A stretch of DNA of 64,000 nucleotides from NCBI RefSeq assembly GCF_009914755.1, contig NC_060943.1. One strand, given 5' to 3'. Under the pieces are notes generated by a model that was given only the letters and a program-made list of their open reading frames with translations, was not told the DNA's origin and did no database searches. Position numbers and translations under genes: made by a program. Below are positions 27,101-40,552 of the stretch, piece by piece (within the stretch, counting starts at the first letter, position 1; every line of letters starts with the position of its first letter). Source of the stretch: the human T2T-CHM13v2.0 reference genome, Homo sapiens.

Positions 27101-30100
27101 TCATATTCTGCTAGACAGAAGAATTCTCAGTAACTTCCTTGTGTTGTGTGTATTCAACTCACAGAGTTGAACGATCCTTTACACAGAGCAGACTTGAAAC
27201 ACTCTTTTTGTGGAATTTGCAAGTGGAGATTTCAGCCGCTTTGAGGTCAATGGTAGAATAGGAAATATCTTCCTATAGAAACTAGACAGAATGATTCTCA
27301 GAAACTCCTTTGTGATGTGTGCGTTCAACTCACAGAGTTTAACCTTTCTTTTCATAGAGCAGTTAGGAAACACTCTGTTTGTAAAGTCTGCAAGTGGATA
27401 TTCAGACATCTTTGAGGCTTTCGTTGGAAACGGGATTTCTTCATATTCTGCTAGAAAGAAGAATTCTCAGTAACTTCCTTGTGTTGTGTGTATTCAACTC
27501 ACAGACTTGAATGATCCTTTAAACAGAACAGTCTTGAAAGACTCTTTTTGTGGAATTTGCAAGTGGAGATTTCAGCCGCTTTGAGGTCAATGGTAGAATA
27601 GGAAATATCTTCCTATAGAAACTAGACAGAATGATTCTCAGAAACTCCTTTGTGATGTGGGCGTTCAACTCACAGAGTTTAACCTTTCTTTTCATAGAGC
27701 AGTTAGGAAACACGCTGTTTGTAAAGTCTGCAAGTGGATATTCAGACATCTTTGAGGCTTTCGTTGGAAACGGGATTTCTTCATATTCTGATATACAGAA
27801 GAATTCTCAGAAACTTCCTTGTGTTGTGTGTATTCAACTCACAGAGTTGAACGATCGTTTACACAGAGCAGACTTGAGACACTCTTTTTGTGGAATTTGT
27901 AAGTGGAGATTTCAGCCGCTTTGAGGTCAATGGTAGAAAAGGAAATATCTTCATATAAAAACTAGACAGAATGATTCTCAGAAACTCCTTTGTGATGTGT
28001 GCGTTCAACTCACAGAGTTTAACCTTTCTTTTCATAGAGCAGTTAGGAAACACTCTGTTTGTAAAGTCTGCAAGTGGATATTCAGACCTCTTTGAGACCT
28101 TCGTTGGAAACGGGATTTCTTCATATTATGCTAGACAGAAGAATTCTCAGTAACTTCCTTGTGTTGTGTGTATTCAACTCACAGAGTTGAACGATCCTTT
28201 ACACAGAGCAGACTTGAAGCACTCTTTTTGTGGAATTAGCAAGTGGAGATTTCAGCCGCTTTGAGGTCAATGGTAGAAAAGGAAATATCTTCCTATAGAA
28301 ACTAGACAGAATGATTCTCAGAAACTCCTTTGTGATGTGTGCGTTCAACTCACAGAGTTCAACCTTTCTTTTCATAGAGCAGTTGGGAAACACTCTGTTT
28401 GTAAAGTCTGCAAGTGGATATTCAGACTTCTTTGAGGCCTTCGTTGGAAGCGGGATTTCTTCATATTCTGCTAGACAGAAGAATTCTCAGTAACTTCCTT
28501 GTGTTGTGTGTATTCAACTCACAGAGTTGAATGATCCTTTACACAGAACAGACTTGAAACACTCTTGTTGTGGAATTTTAAAGTGGAGATTTCAGCCTCT
28601 TTGAGGTCAACGGTAGAATAGGTAATATCTTCCTATAGAAACTAGACAGAATGATTCTCAGAAACTCCTTTGTGATGTGTGCGTTCAACTCACAAAGTTT
28701 AACCTTTCTTTTCATAGAGCAGTTAGGAAACACTCTGTTTGTAAAGTCTGCAAGTGGATATTCAGACCTCCTTGAGGCCTTCGTTGGAAACGGGATTTCT
28801 TCATATTATGCTAGACAGAAGAATTCTCAGTAACTTCCTTGTGTTGTGTGTATTCAACTCACAGAGTTGAACGATCCTTTACACAGAGCAGACTTGAAAC
28901 ACTCTTTTTGTGGAATTTGCAAGTGGAGATTTCTGCCGCTTTGAGGTCAATTGTAGAATAGGAAATATCTTCCTATAGAAACTAGACAGAAGGATTCTCA
29001 GAAACTCCTTTGTGATGTGTGCGTTCAACTCACAGAGTTTAACCTTTCTTTTCATAGAGCAGTTAGGAAACACTCTGTTTGTAAAGTCTGCAAGTGGATA
29101 TTCAGACCTCTTTGAGGCCTTCGTTGGAAACGGGATTTCTTCATATTATGCTAGACAGAAGGATTCTCAGTAACTTCCTTGTGTTGTGTGTATTCAACTC
29201 ACAGAGTTGAACGATCCTTTACACAGAGCAGACTTGAAACACTCTTTTTGTGGAATTTGCAAGTGGAGATTTCAGCCGCTTTGAGGTCAATGGTAGAAAA
29301 GGAGATATCTTCGTATAAAAACTAGACAGAATGATTCTGAGAAACTCCTTTGTGATGTGTGCGTTCAACACACAGAGTTTAACCTTTCTTTTCATAGAGC
29401 AGTTAGGAAACACTCTGTTTGTAAAGTCTGCAAGTGGATATTCAGACCTCCTTGAGGCCTTCGTTGGAAACGGGATTTCTTCATATTCTGCTAGACAGAA
29501 GAATTCTCAGTAACTTCCTTGTGTTTTGTGTATTCAACTCACAGAGTTGAATGATCCTTTACACAGAACAGACTTGAAACACTCTTGTTGTGGAATTTTC
29601 AAGTGGAGATTTCAGCCGCTTTGAGGTCAACGGTAGAATAGGAAATATCTTCCTATAGAAACTAGACAGAATGATTCTCAGAAACTCCTTTGTGATGTGT
29701 GCGTTCAACTCACAGAGTTTAACCTTTCTTTTCATAGAGCAGTTAGGAAACACTCTGTTTGTAAAGTCTGCAAGTGGATATTCAGACCTCCTTGAGGCCT
29801 TCGTTGGAAACGGGATTTCTTCATATTATGCTAGACAGAAGAATTCTCAGTAACTTCCTTGTGTTGTGTGTATTCAACTCACAGAGTTGAACGATCCTTT
29901 ACACAGAGCAGACTTGAAACACTCTTTTTGTGGAATTTGCAAGTGGAGATTTCAGCCGCTTTGAGGTCAATGGTAGAATAGGAAATATCTTCCTATAGAA
30001 ACTAGACAGAATGATTCTCAGAAACTCCTTTGTGATGTGTGCGTTCAACTCACAGAGTTTAACCTTTCTTTTCATAGAGCAGTTAGGAAACACTCTGTTT

Positions 30101-31030
30101 GTAAAGTCTGCAAGTGGATATTCAGACCTCTTTGAGGCCTTCGTTGGAAACGGGATTTCTTCATATTATGCTAGACAGAAGAATTCTCAGTAACTTCCTT
30201 GTGTTGTGTGTATTCAACTCACAGAGTTGAACGATCCTTTACACAGAGCAGACTTGAAACACTCTTTTTGTGGAATTTGCAAGTGGAGATTTCAGCCACT
30301 TTAAGGTCAATGGTAGAATAGGAAATATCTTCCTATAGAAACTAGACAGAATGATTCTGAGAAACTCCTTTGTGATGTGTGCGTTCAACTCACAGAGTTT
30401 AACCTTTCTTTCATATAGCAGTTAGGAAACACTCTGTTTGTAAAGTCTGCAAGTGGATATTCAGACCTCCTAGAGGCCTTCGTTGGAAACGGGATTTCTT
30501 CATATTATGCTAGACAGAAGAATTCTCAGTAACTTCCTTGTGTTGTGTGTATTCAACTCACAGAGTTGAACGATCCTTTACACAGAGCAGACTTGAAACA
30601 CTCTTTTTGTGGAATTTGCAAGTGGAGATTTCAGCCGCTTTGGGTTGAATGGTAGAATAGGAAATATCTTCCTATAGAAACTAGACAGAATGATTCTCAG
30701 AAACTCCTTTGTGATGTGTGCGTTCAACTCACAGAGTTCAACCTTTCTTTTCATAGAGCAGTTGGGAAACACTCTGTTTGTAAATTCTGCAAATGCATAT
30801 TCAGACTTCTTTGAGGCCTTCGTTGGAAGCGGGATTTCTTCATATTCTGCTAGACAGAAGAATTCTCAGAAACTTCGATGTGTTGTGTGTTTTCAAATCA
30901 CAGAGTTCAACGATCCTTTACACAGAGTAGACTTGAAACACTCTTTTTGTGGAATTGGCAGGGTGGAGATTTCAGCCGCTTTGAGGTCAATGGTAGAAAA
31001 GGAAATATCTTCGTATAAAAACTAGACAGA
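21171..31030 (+). repeat. Two more copies of the 13-dimer super-repeat (the first enlarged to 5,440 bp by an internal 1,020-bp duplication)
   Basis: Marker dimer starts at 21171, 26611 and 31031 (spacings 5440 and 4420). The 1-bp-deletion marker CTTTCATATAGC is at about 25990 and 30410. Confidence 0.88.
21651..23636 (+). repeat. Tandem duplication, 1,020-bp (3-dimer) unit
   Basis: Private variants GATTCCAGCC (21792/22812), TTCGCTGG (21984/23004), CTTGAGAGAC (22097/23117) and ACAAGACAG (22183/23203) each occur twice, 1020 bp apart. Confidence 0.93.
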
Positions 31031-31899
31031 GTGATTCTCAGAAACTCCTTTGTGATGTCTGCGTTCAACTCACAGAGTTTAACCTTTCTTTTCATAGAGC
31101 AGTTAGGAAACACTCTGTTTGTAAAGTCTGCAAGTGGATATTCAGACCTCCTTGAGGCTTTCGTTGGAAACGGGATTTCTACATATTATGCTAGACAGAA
31201 GAATTCTCAGTAACTTCCTTGTGTTGTGTGTATTCAACTCACAGAGTTGAACGATCCTTTACACAGAGCAGACTTGAAACACTCTTTTTGTGGAATTTGC
31301 AAGTGGAGATTTCAGCCGCTTTGAGGTCAATGGTAGAATAGGAAATATCTTCCTATAGAAACTAGACAGAATGATTCTCAGAAACTCCTTTGTGATGTGT
31401 GCGTTCAACTCACAGAGTTTAACCTTTCTTTTCATAGAGCAGTTAGGAAACACTCTGTTTGTAAAGTCTGCAAGTGGATATTCAGACATCTTTGAGGCTT
31501 TCGTTGGAAACGGGATTTCTTCATATTCTGCTAGAAAGAAGAACTCTCAGTAACTTCCTTGTGTTGTGTGTATTCAACTCACAGACTTGAATGATCCTTT
31601 ACACAGAACAGTCTTGAAAGACTCTTTTTGTGGAATTTGCAAGTGGAGATTTCAGCCGCTTTGAGGTCAATGGTAGAATAGGAAATATCTTCCTATAGAA
31701 ACTAGACAGAATGATTCTCAGAAACTCCTTTGTGATGTGGGCGTTCAACTCACAGAGTTTAACCTTTCTTTTCATAGAGCAGTTAGGAAACACGCTGTTT
31801 GTAAAGTCTGCAAGTGGATATTCAGACATCTTTGAGGCTTTCGTTGGAAACGGGATTTCTTCATATTCTGCTAGACAGAAGAATTCTCAGTAACTTCCT

Positions 31900-34620
31900 T
31901 CTGTTGTGTGTATTCAACTCACAGAGTTGAACGATCCTTTACACAGAGCAGACTTGAAACACTCTTTTTGTGGAATTTGCAAGTGGAGATTTCAGCCGCT
32001 TTGAGGTCAATGGTAGAATAGGAAATATCTTCCTATAGAAACTAGACAGAATGATTCTCAGAAACTCCTTTGTGATGTGTGCGTTCAAGTCACAGAGTTT
32101 AACCTTTCTTTTCATCGAGCAGTTAGGAAACACTCTGTTTGTAAAGTCTGCAAGTGGATATTCAGACATCCTTGAGGCTTTCGTTGGAAACGGGATTTCT
32201 TCATATTCTGCTAGAAAGAAGAATTCTCAGTAACTTCCTTGTGTTGTGTGTATTCAACTCACAGAGTTGAATGATCCTTTACACAGAACAGTCTTGAAAC
32301 ACTCTTTTTGTGGAATTTGCAAGTGGAGATTTCAGCCGCTTTGAGGTCAATGGTAGAATAGGAAATATCTTCCTATAGAAACTAGACAGAATGATTCTCA
32401 GAAACTCCTTTGTGATGTGTGCGTTCAAGTCACAGAGTTTAACCTTTCTTTTCATAGAGCAGTTAGGAAACACTCTGTTTGTAAAGTCTGCAAGTGGATA
32501 TTCAGACATCTTTGAGGCTTTCGTTGGAAAAGGGTTTTCTTCATATTCTGCTAGACAGAAGAATTCTCAGAAACTTCGTTGTGTTGTGTGTTTTCAACTC
32601 ACAGAGTTCAACGATCCTTTACACAGAGTAGACTTGAAACACTCTTTTCGTGGAATTGGCAGGGTGGAGATTTCAGCCGCTTTGAGGTCAATGGTAGAAA
32701 AGGAAATATCTTCGTATAAAAACTAGACAGAGTGATTCTCAGAAACTCCTTTGTGATGTCTGCGTTTAACTCACAGAGTTTAACCATTCTTTTCATAGAG
32801 CAGTTAGGAAACACTCTGTTTGTAAAGTCTGCAAGTGGATATTCAGACCTCCTTGAGGCCTTCGTTGGAAACGGGATTTCTTCATATTATGCTAGACTGA
32901 AGAATTCTCAGTAACTTCCTTGTGTTGTGTGTATTCAACTCACAGAGTTGAACGATCCTTTACACAGAGCAGACTTGAAACACTCTTTTTGTGGAATTTG
33001 CAAGTGGAGATTTCAGCCGCTTAGAGGTCAATGGTAGAATAGGAAATATCTTCCTATAGAAACTAGACAGAATGATTCTCAGAAACTCCTTTGTGATGTG
33101 TGCGTTCAACTCACAGAGTTTAACCTTTCTTTTCATAGAGCAGTTAGGAAACACTCTGTTTGTAAAGTCTGCAAGTGGATATTCAGACCTCTTTGAGGCC
33201 TTCGTTGGAAACGGGATTTCTTCATATTATGCTAGACAGAAGAATTCTCAGTAACTTCCTTGTGTTGTGTGTATTCAACTCACCGAGTTGAACGATCCTT
33301 TACACAGAGCAGACTTGAAACACTCTTTTTGTGGAATTTGCAAGTGGAGATTTCAGCCGCTTTGAGGTCAATGGTAGAATAGGAAATATCTTCCTATAGA
33401 AACTAGACAGAATGATTCTCAGAAACTCCTTTGTGATGTGTGCGTTCAACTCACAGAGTTTAACCTTTCTTTTCATAGAGCAGTTAGGAAACACTCTGTT
33501 TGTAAAGTCTGCAAGAGGATATTCAGACATCTTTGAGGCTTTCTTTGGAAACGGGATTTCTTCATATTCTGCTAGACAGAAGACTTCTGAGAAACTTCGT
33601 TGTGTTGTGTGTTTTCAACTCACAGAGTTCAACGATCCTTTACACAGAGTAGACTTGAAACACTCTTTTTGTGGAATTGGCAGGGTGGAGATTTCAGCCG
33701 CTTTGAGGTCAATGGTAGAAAAGGAAATATCTTCGTATAAAAATTAGACAGAGTGATTCTCAGAAACTCCTTTGTGATGTCTGCGTTCAACTCACAGAGT
33801 TTAACCTTTCCTTTCATAGAGCAGTTAGGAAACACTCTGTTTGTAAAGTCTGCAAGTGGGTATTCAGACCTCCTTGAGGCCTTCGTTGGAAACGGGATTT
33901 CTTCATATTCTGCCATACAGAAGAATTCTCAGAAACTTCCTTGTGTTGTGTGTATTCAACTCACAGAGTTGAACGATCGTTTACACAGAGCAGACTTGAG
34001 ACACTCTTTTTGTAGAATTTGTAAGTGGAGATTTCAGCCGCTTTGAGGTCAATGGTAGAAAAGGAAATATCTTCATATAAAAACTAGACAGAATGATTCT
34101 CAGAAACTCCTTTGTGATGTGTGCGTTCAACTCACAGAGTTTAACCTTTCTTTTCATAGAGCAGTTAGGAAACACTCTGTTTGTAAAGTCTGCAAGCGGA
34201 TATTCAGACCTCTTTGAGGCCTTCGTTGGAAACGGGATTTCTTCATATTATGCTAGACAGAAGAATTCTCAGTAACTTCCTTGTGTTGTGTGTATTCAAC
34301 CCACAGAGTTGAACGATCCTTTACACAGACCAGACTTGAAACACTCTTTTTGTGGAATTTGCAAGTGGAGATTTCAGCCGCTTTGAGGTCAATGGTAGAA
34401 TAGGGAATATCTTCCTATAGAAACTAGACAGAATGATTCTGAGAAACTCCTTTGTGATGTGTGCGTTCAACTCACAGAGTTCAACCTTTCTTTTCCTAGA
34501 GCAGTTGGGAAACACTCTGTTTGTAAAGTCTGCAAGTGGATATTCAGACTTCTTTGAGGCCTTCGTTGGAAGCGGGATTTCTTCATATTCTGCCATACAG
34601 AAGAATTCTCAGTAACTTCC
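31900..34620 (+). repeat. 8-dimer block rich in private variants, copy 1 (copy 2 at about 42440-45160, offset 10,542 bp)
   Basis: Shared TTCATCGAGC, CTTTTCGTGG, CTAGACTGA, GCAAGAGGAT, TTCTTTGGAA, AGACTTCTGA, GCAAGCGGA, ACCCACAGAG and TAGGGAAT at a constant offset. Confidence 0.92.
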
Positions 34621-36132
34621 TTCTGTTGTGAGTATTCAACTCACAGAGTTGAACGATCCTTTACACAGAGCAGACTTGAAACACTCTTTTTGTGGAATTT
34701 GCAAGTGGAGATTTCAGCCGCTTTGAGGTCAATGGTAGAATAGGAAATATCTTCCTATAGAAACTAGACAGAATGATTCTCAGAAACTCCTATGTGATGT
34801 GTGCGTTCAACTCACAGAGTTTAACCTTTCTTTCATATAGCAGTTAGGAAACACTCTGTTTGTAAAGTCTGCAAGTGGATATTCAGACCTCCTTGAGGCC
34901 TTCGTTGGAAACGGGATTTCTTCATATTATGCTAGACAGAAGAATTCTCAGTAACTTCCTTGTGTTGTGTGTATTCAACTCACAGAGTTGAACGATCCTT
35001 TACACAGAGCAGACTTGAAACACTCTTTTTGTGGAATTTGCAAGTGGAGATTTCAGCCGCTTTGAGTTCAATGGTAGAATAGGAAATATCTTCCTATAGA
35101 AATTAGACAGAATGATTCTCAGAAACTCCTTTGTGATGTGTGCGTTCAACTCACAGAGTTCAACCTTTCTTTTCATAGAGCAGTTGGGAAACACTCTGTT
35201 TGTAAAGTCTGCAAATGCATATTCAGACTTCTTTGAGGCCTTCATTGGAAGCGGGAATTCTTCATATTCTGCTAGACAGAAGAATTCTCAGTAACTTCCT
35301 TGTGTTGTGTGTATTCAACTCACAGAGTTGAACGATCCTTTACACAGAGCAGACTTGAAACACTCTTTTTGTGGAATTTGCAAGTGGAGATTTCAGCCGC
35401 TTTGAGGTCAATGGTAGAATAGGAAATATCTTCCTATAGAAATTAGACAGAATGATTCTCAGAAACTCCTTTGTGATGTGTGCGTTCAACTCACAGAGTT
35501 TAACCTTTCTTTTCATAGAGCAGTTAGGAAACACTCTGTTTGTAAAGTCTGCAAGTGGATATTCAGACATCCTTGAGGCTTTCGTTGGAAACGGGATTTC
35601 TTCATATTCTGCTAGAAAGAAGAATTCTCAGTAACTTCCTTGTGTTGTGTGTATTCAACTCACAGAGTTGAATGATCCTTTACACAGAACAGTCTTGAAA
35701 CACTCTTTTTGTGGAATTTGCAAGTGGAGATTTCAGCCGCTTTGAGGTCAATGGTAGAATAGGAAATATCTTCCTATAGAAACTAGACAGAATGATTCTC
35801 AGAAACTCCTTTGTGATGTGTGCGTTCAACTCACAGAGTTTAACTTTTCTTTTCATAGAGCAGTTAGGAAACACTCTGTTTGTAAAGTCTGCAAGTGGAT
35901 ATTCAGACATCTTTGAGGCTTTCGTTGGAAACGGGATTTCTTCATATTCTGCTAGACAGAAGAATTCTCAGAAACTTCGATGTGTTGTGTGTTTTCAAAT
36001 CACAGAATTCAAAGATCCTTTACACAGAGTAGACTTGAAACACTCTTTTTGTGGAATTGGCAGGGTGGAGATTTCAGCCGCTATGAGGTCAATGGTAGAA
36101 AAGGAAATATCTTCATATAAAAACTAGACAGA

Positions 36133-39100
36133 ATGATTCTCAGAAACTCCTTTGTGATGTCTGCGTTCAACTCACAGAGTTTAACCTTTCTTTTCATAGA
36201 GCAGTTAGGAAACACTCTGTTTGTAAAGTCTGCAAGTGGATATTCAGACCTCTTTGAGACCTTCGTTGGAAACGGGATTTCTTCATATTATGCTAGACAG
36301 AAGAATTCTCAGTAACTTCCTTGTGTTGTGTGTATTCAACTCACAGAGTTGAACGATCCTTTACACAGAGCAGACTTGAAGCACTCTTTTTGTGGAATTT
36401 GCAAGTGGAGATTTCAGCCGCTTTGAGGTCAATGGTAGAAAAGGAAATATCTTCCTATAGAAACTAGACAGAATGATTCTCAGAAACTCCTTTGTGATGT
36501 GTGCGTTCAACTCACAGAGTTCAACCTTTCTTTTCATAGAGCAGTTGGGAAACACTCTGTTTGTAAAGTCTGCAAGTGGATATTCAGACTTATTTGAGGC
36601 CTTCGTTGGAAGCGGGATTTCTTCATATTCTGCTAGACAGAAGAATTCTCAGTAACTTCCTTGTGTTGTGTGTATTCAACTCACAGAGTTGAATGATCCT
36701 TTACACAGAACAGACTTGAAACACTCTTGTTGTGGAATTTTAAAGTGGAGATTTCAGCCGCTTTGAGGTCAACGGTAGAATAGGTAATATCTTCCTATAG
36801 AAACTAGACAGAATGATTCTCAGAAACTCCTTTGTGATGTGTGCGTTCAACTCACAGAGTTTAACCTTTCTTTTCATAGAGCAGTTAGGAAACACTCTGT
36901 TTGTAAAGTCTGCAAGTGGATATTCAGACCTCCTTGAGGCCTTCGTTGGAAACGGGATTTCTTCATATTATGCTAGACAGAAGAATTCTCAGTAACTTCC
37001 TTGTGTTGTGTGTATTCAACTCACAGAGTTGAACGATCCTTTACACAGAGCAGACTTGAAACACTCTTTTTGTGGAATTTGCAAGTGGAGATTTCTGCCG
37101 CTTTGAGGTCAATGGTAGAATAGGAAATATCTTCCTATAGAAACTAGACAGAAGGATTCTCAGAAACTCCTTTGTGATGTGTGCGTTCAACTCACAGAGT
37201 TTAACCTTTCTTTTCATAGAGCAGTTAGGAAACACTCTGTTTGTAAAGTCTGCAAGTGGATATTCAGACCTCTTTGAGGCCTTCGTTGGAAACGGGATTT
37301 CTTCATATTATGCTAGACAGAAGGATTCTCAGTAACTTCCTTGTGTTGTGTGTATTCAACTCACAGAGTTGAACGATCCTTTACACAGAGCAGACTTGAA
37401 ACACTCTTTTTGTGGAATTTGCAAGTGGAGATTTCAGCCGCTTTGAGGTCAATGGTAGAAAAGGAGATATCTTCGTATAAAAACTAGACAGAATGATTCT
37501 GAGAAACTCCTTTGTGATGTGTGCGTTCAACACACAGAGATTAACCTTTCTTTTCATAGAGCAGTTAGGAAACACTCTGTTTGTAAAGTCTGCAAGTGGA
37601 TATTCAGACCTCCTTGAGGCCTTCGTTGGAAACGGGATTTCTTCATATTCTGCTAGACAGAAGAATTCTCAGTAACTTCCTTGTGTTTTGTGTATTCAAC
37701 TCACAGAGTTGCATGATCCTTTACACAGAACAGACTTGAAACACTCTTGTTGTGGAATTTTCAAGTGGAGATTTCAGCCGCTTTGAGGTCAACGGTAGAA
37801 TAGGAAATATCTTCCTATAGAAACTAGACAGAATGATTCTCAGAAACTCCTTTGTGATGTGTGCGTTCAACTCACAGAGTTTAACCTTTCTTTTCATAGA
37901 GCAGTTAGGAAACACTCTGTTTGTAAAGTCTGCAAGTGGATATTCAGACCTCCTTGAGGCCTTCGTTGGAAACGGGATTTCTTCATATTATGCTAGACAG
38001 AAGAATTCTCAGTAACTTCCTTGTGTTGTGTGTATTCAACTCACAGAGTTGAACGATCCTTTACACAGAGCAGACTTGAAACACTCTTTTTGTGGAATTT
38101 GCAAGTGGAGATTTCAGCCGCTTTGAGGTCAATGGTAGAATAGGAAATATCTTCCTATAGAAACTAGACAGAATGATTCTCAGAAACTCCTTTGTGATGT
38201 GTGCGTTCAACTCACAGAGTTTAACCTTTCTTTTCATAGAGCAGTTAGGAAACACTCTGTTTGTAAAGTCTGCAAGTGGATATTCAGACCTCTTTGAGGC
38301 CTTCGTTGGAAACGGGATTTCTTCATATTATGCTAGACAGAAGAATTCTCAGTAACTTCCTTGTGTTGTGTGTATTCAACTCACAGAGTTGAACGATCCT
38401 TTACACAGAGCAGACTTGAAACACTCTTTTTGTGGAATTTGCAAGTGGAGATTTCAGCCGCTTTAAGGTCAATGGTAGAATAGGAAATATCTTCCTATAG
38501 AAACTAGACAGAATGATTCTGAGAAACTCCTTTGTGATGTGTGCGTTCAACTCACAGAGTTTAACCTTTCTTTCATATAGCAGTTAGGAAACACTCTGTT
38601 TGTAAAGTCTGCAAGTGGATATTCAGACCTCCTTGAGGCCTTTGTTGGAAACGGGATTTCTTCATATTATGCTAGACAGAAGAATTCTCAGTAACTTCCT
38701 TGTGTTGTGTGTATTCAACTCACAGAGTTGAACGATCCTTTACACAGAGCAGACTTGAAACACTCTTTTTGTGGAATTTGCAAGTGGAGATTTCAGCCGC
38801 TTTGAGTTGAATGGTAGAATAGGAAATATCTTCCTATAGAAACTAGACAGAATGATTCTCAGAAACTCCTTTGTGATGTGTGCGTTCAACTCACAGAGTT
38901 CAACCTTTCTTTTCATAGAGCAGTTGGGAAACACTCTGTTTGTAAATTCTGCAAATGCATATTCAGACTTCTTTGAGGCCTTCGTTGGAAGCGGGATTTC
39001 TTCATATTCTGCTAGACAGAAGAATTCTCAGAAACTTCGATGTGTTGTGTGTTTTCAAATCACAGAGTTCAACGATCCTTTACACAGAGTAGACTTGAAA

Positions 39101-40552
39101 CACTCTTTTTGTGGAATTGGCAGGGTGGAGATTTCAGCCGCTTTGAGGTCAATGGTAGAAAAGGAAATATCTTCGTATAAAAACTAGACAGAGTGATTCT
39201 CAGAAACTCCTTTGTGATGTCTGCGTTCAACTCACAGAGTTTAACCTTTCTTTTCATAGAGCAGTTAGGAAACACTCTGTTTGTAAAGTCTGCAAGTGGA
39301 TATTCAGACCTCCTTGAGGCTTTCGTTGGAAACGGGATTTCTACATATTATGCTAGACAGAAGAATTCTCAGTAACTTCCTTGTGTTGTGTGTATTCAAC
39401 TCACAGAGTTGAATGATCCTTTACACAGAGCAGACTTGAAAAACTCTTTTTGTGGAATTTGCAAGTGGAGATTTCAGCCGCTTTGTGGTCAATGGTAGAA
39501 TAGGAAATATCTTCCTATAGAAACTAGACAGAATGATTCTCAGAAACTCCTTTGTGATGTGTGCGTTCAACTCACAGAGTTCAACCTTTCTTTTCATAGA
39601 GCAGTTGGGAAACACTCTGTTTGTAAAGTCTGCAAGTGGATATTCAGACTTCTTTGAGGCCTTCGTTGGAAACGGGATTTCTTCATATTCTGCTAGACAG
39701 AAGAATTCTCAGTAACTTCCTTGTGTTGTGTGTATTCAACTCACAGAGTTGAACGATCCTTTACACAGAGCAGACTTGAAACACTCTTTTTGTGGAATTT
39801 GCAAGTGGAGATTTCAGCCGCTTTGAGGTCAATGGTAGAATAGGAAATATCTTCCTATAGAAACTAGACAGAATGATTCTCAGAAACTCCTTTGTGATGT
39901 GTGCGTTCAACTCACAGAGTTTAACCTTTCTTTTCATAGAGCAGTTAGGAAACACTCTGTTTGTAAAGTCTGCAAGTGGATATTCAGACATCTTTGAGGC
40001 TTTCGTTAGAAACGGGATTTCTTCATATTCTGCTAGAAAGAAGAATTCTCAGTAACTTCCTTGTGTTGTGTGTATTCAACTCACAGACTTGAATGATCCT
40101 TTACACAGAACAGTCTTGAAAGACTCTTTTTGTGGAATTTGCAAGTGGAGATTTCAGCCGCTTTGAGGTCAATGGTAGAATAGGAAATATCTTCCTATAG
40201 AAACTAGACAGAATGATTCTCAGAAACTCCTTTGTGATGTGGGCGTTCAACTCACAGAGTTTAACCTTTCTTTTCATAGAGCAGTTAGGAAACACTCTGT
40301 TTGTAAAGTCTGCAAGTGGATATTCAGACATCTTTGAGGCTTTCGTTGGAAACGGGATTTCTTCATATTCTGATATACAGAAGAATTCTCAGAAACTTCC
40401 TTGTGTTGTGTGTATTCAACTCACAGAGTTGAACGATCGTTTACACAGAGCAGACTTGAGACACTCTTTTTGTGGAATTTGTAAGTGGAGATTTCAGCCG
40501 CTTTGAGGTCAATGGTAGAAAAGGAAATATCTTCATATAAAAACTAGACAGA
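36133..40552 (+). repeat. Circularly permuted copy of the 13-dimer super-repeat
   Basis: Same marker order as 27971-31030 followed by 26611-27970. Shares TTGAAGCACT (28220/36381) and AGAAGGATTC in place of AGAATGATTC (12330, 28991, 37153). Confidence 0.8.

Noticed and set aside
40001-40017. Variant CENP-B boxes TTTCGTTAGAAACGGGA (40001) and TTTCGCTGGAAACGGGA (21979, 22999) as inactive
   Set aside because: The changes fall outside the nine essential positions, so they were not counted as broken.
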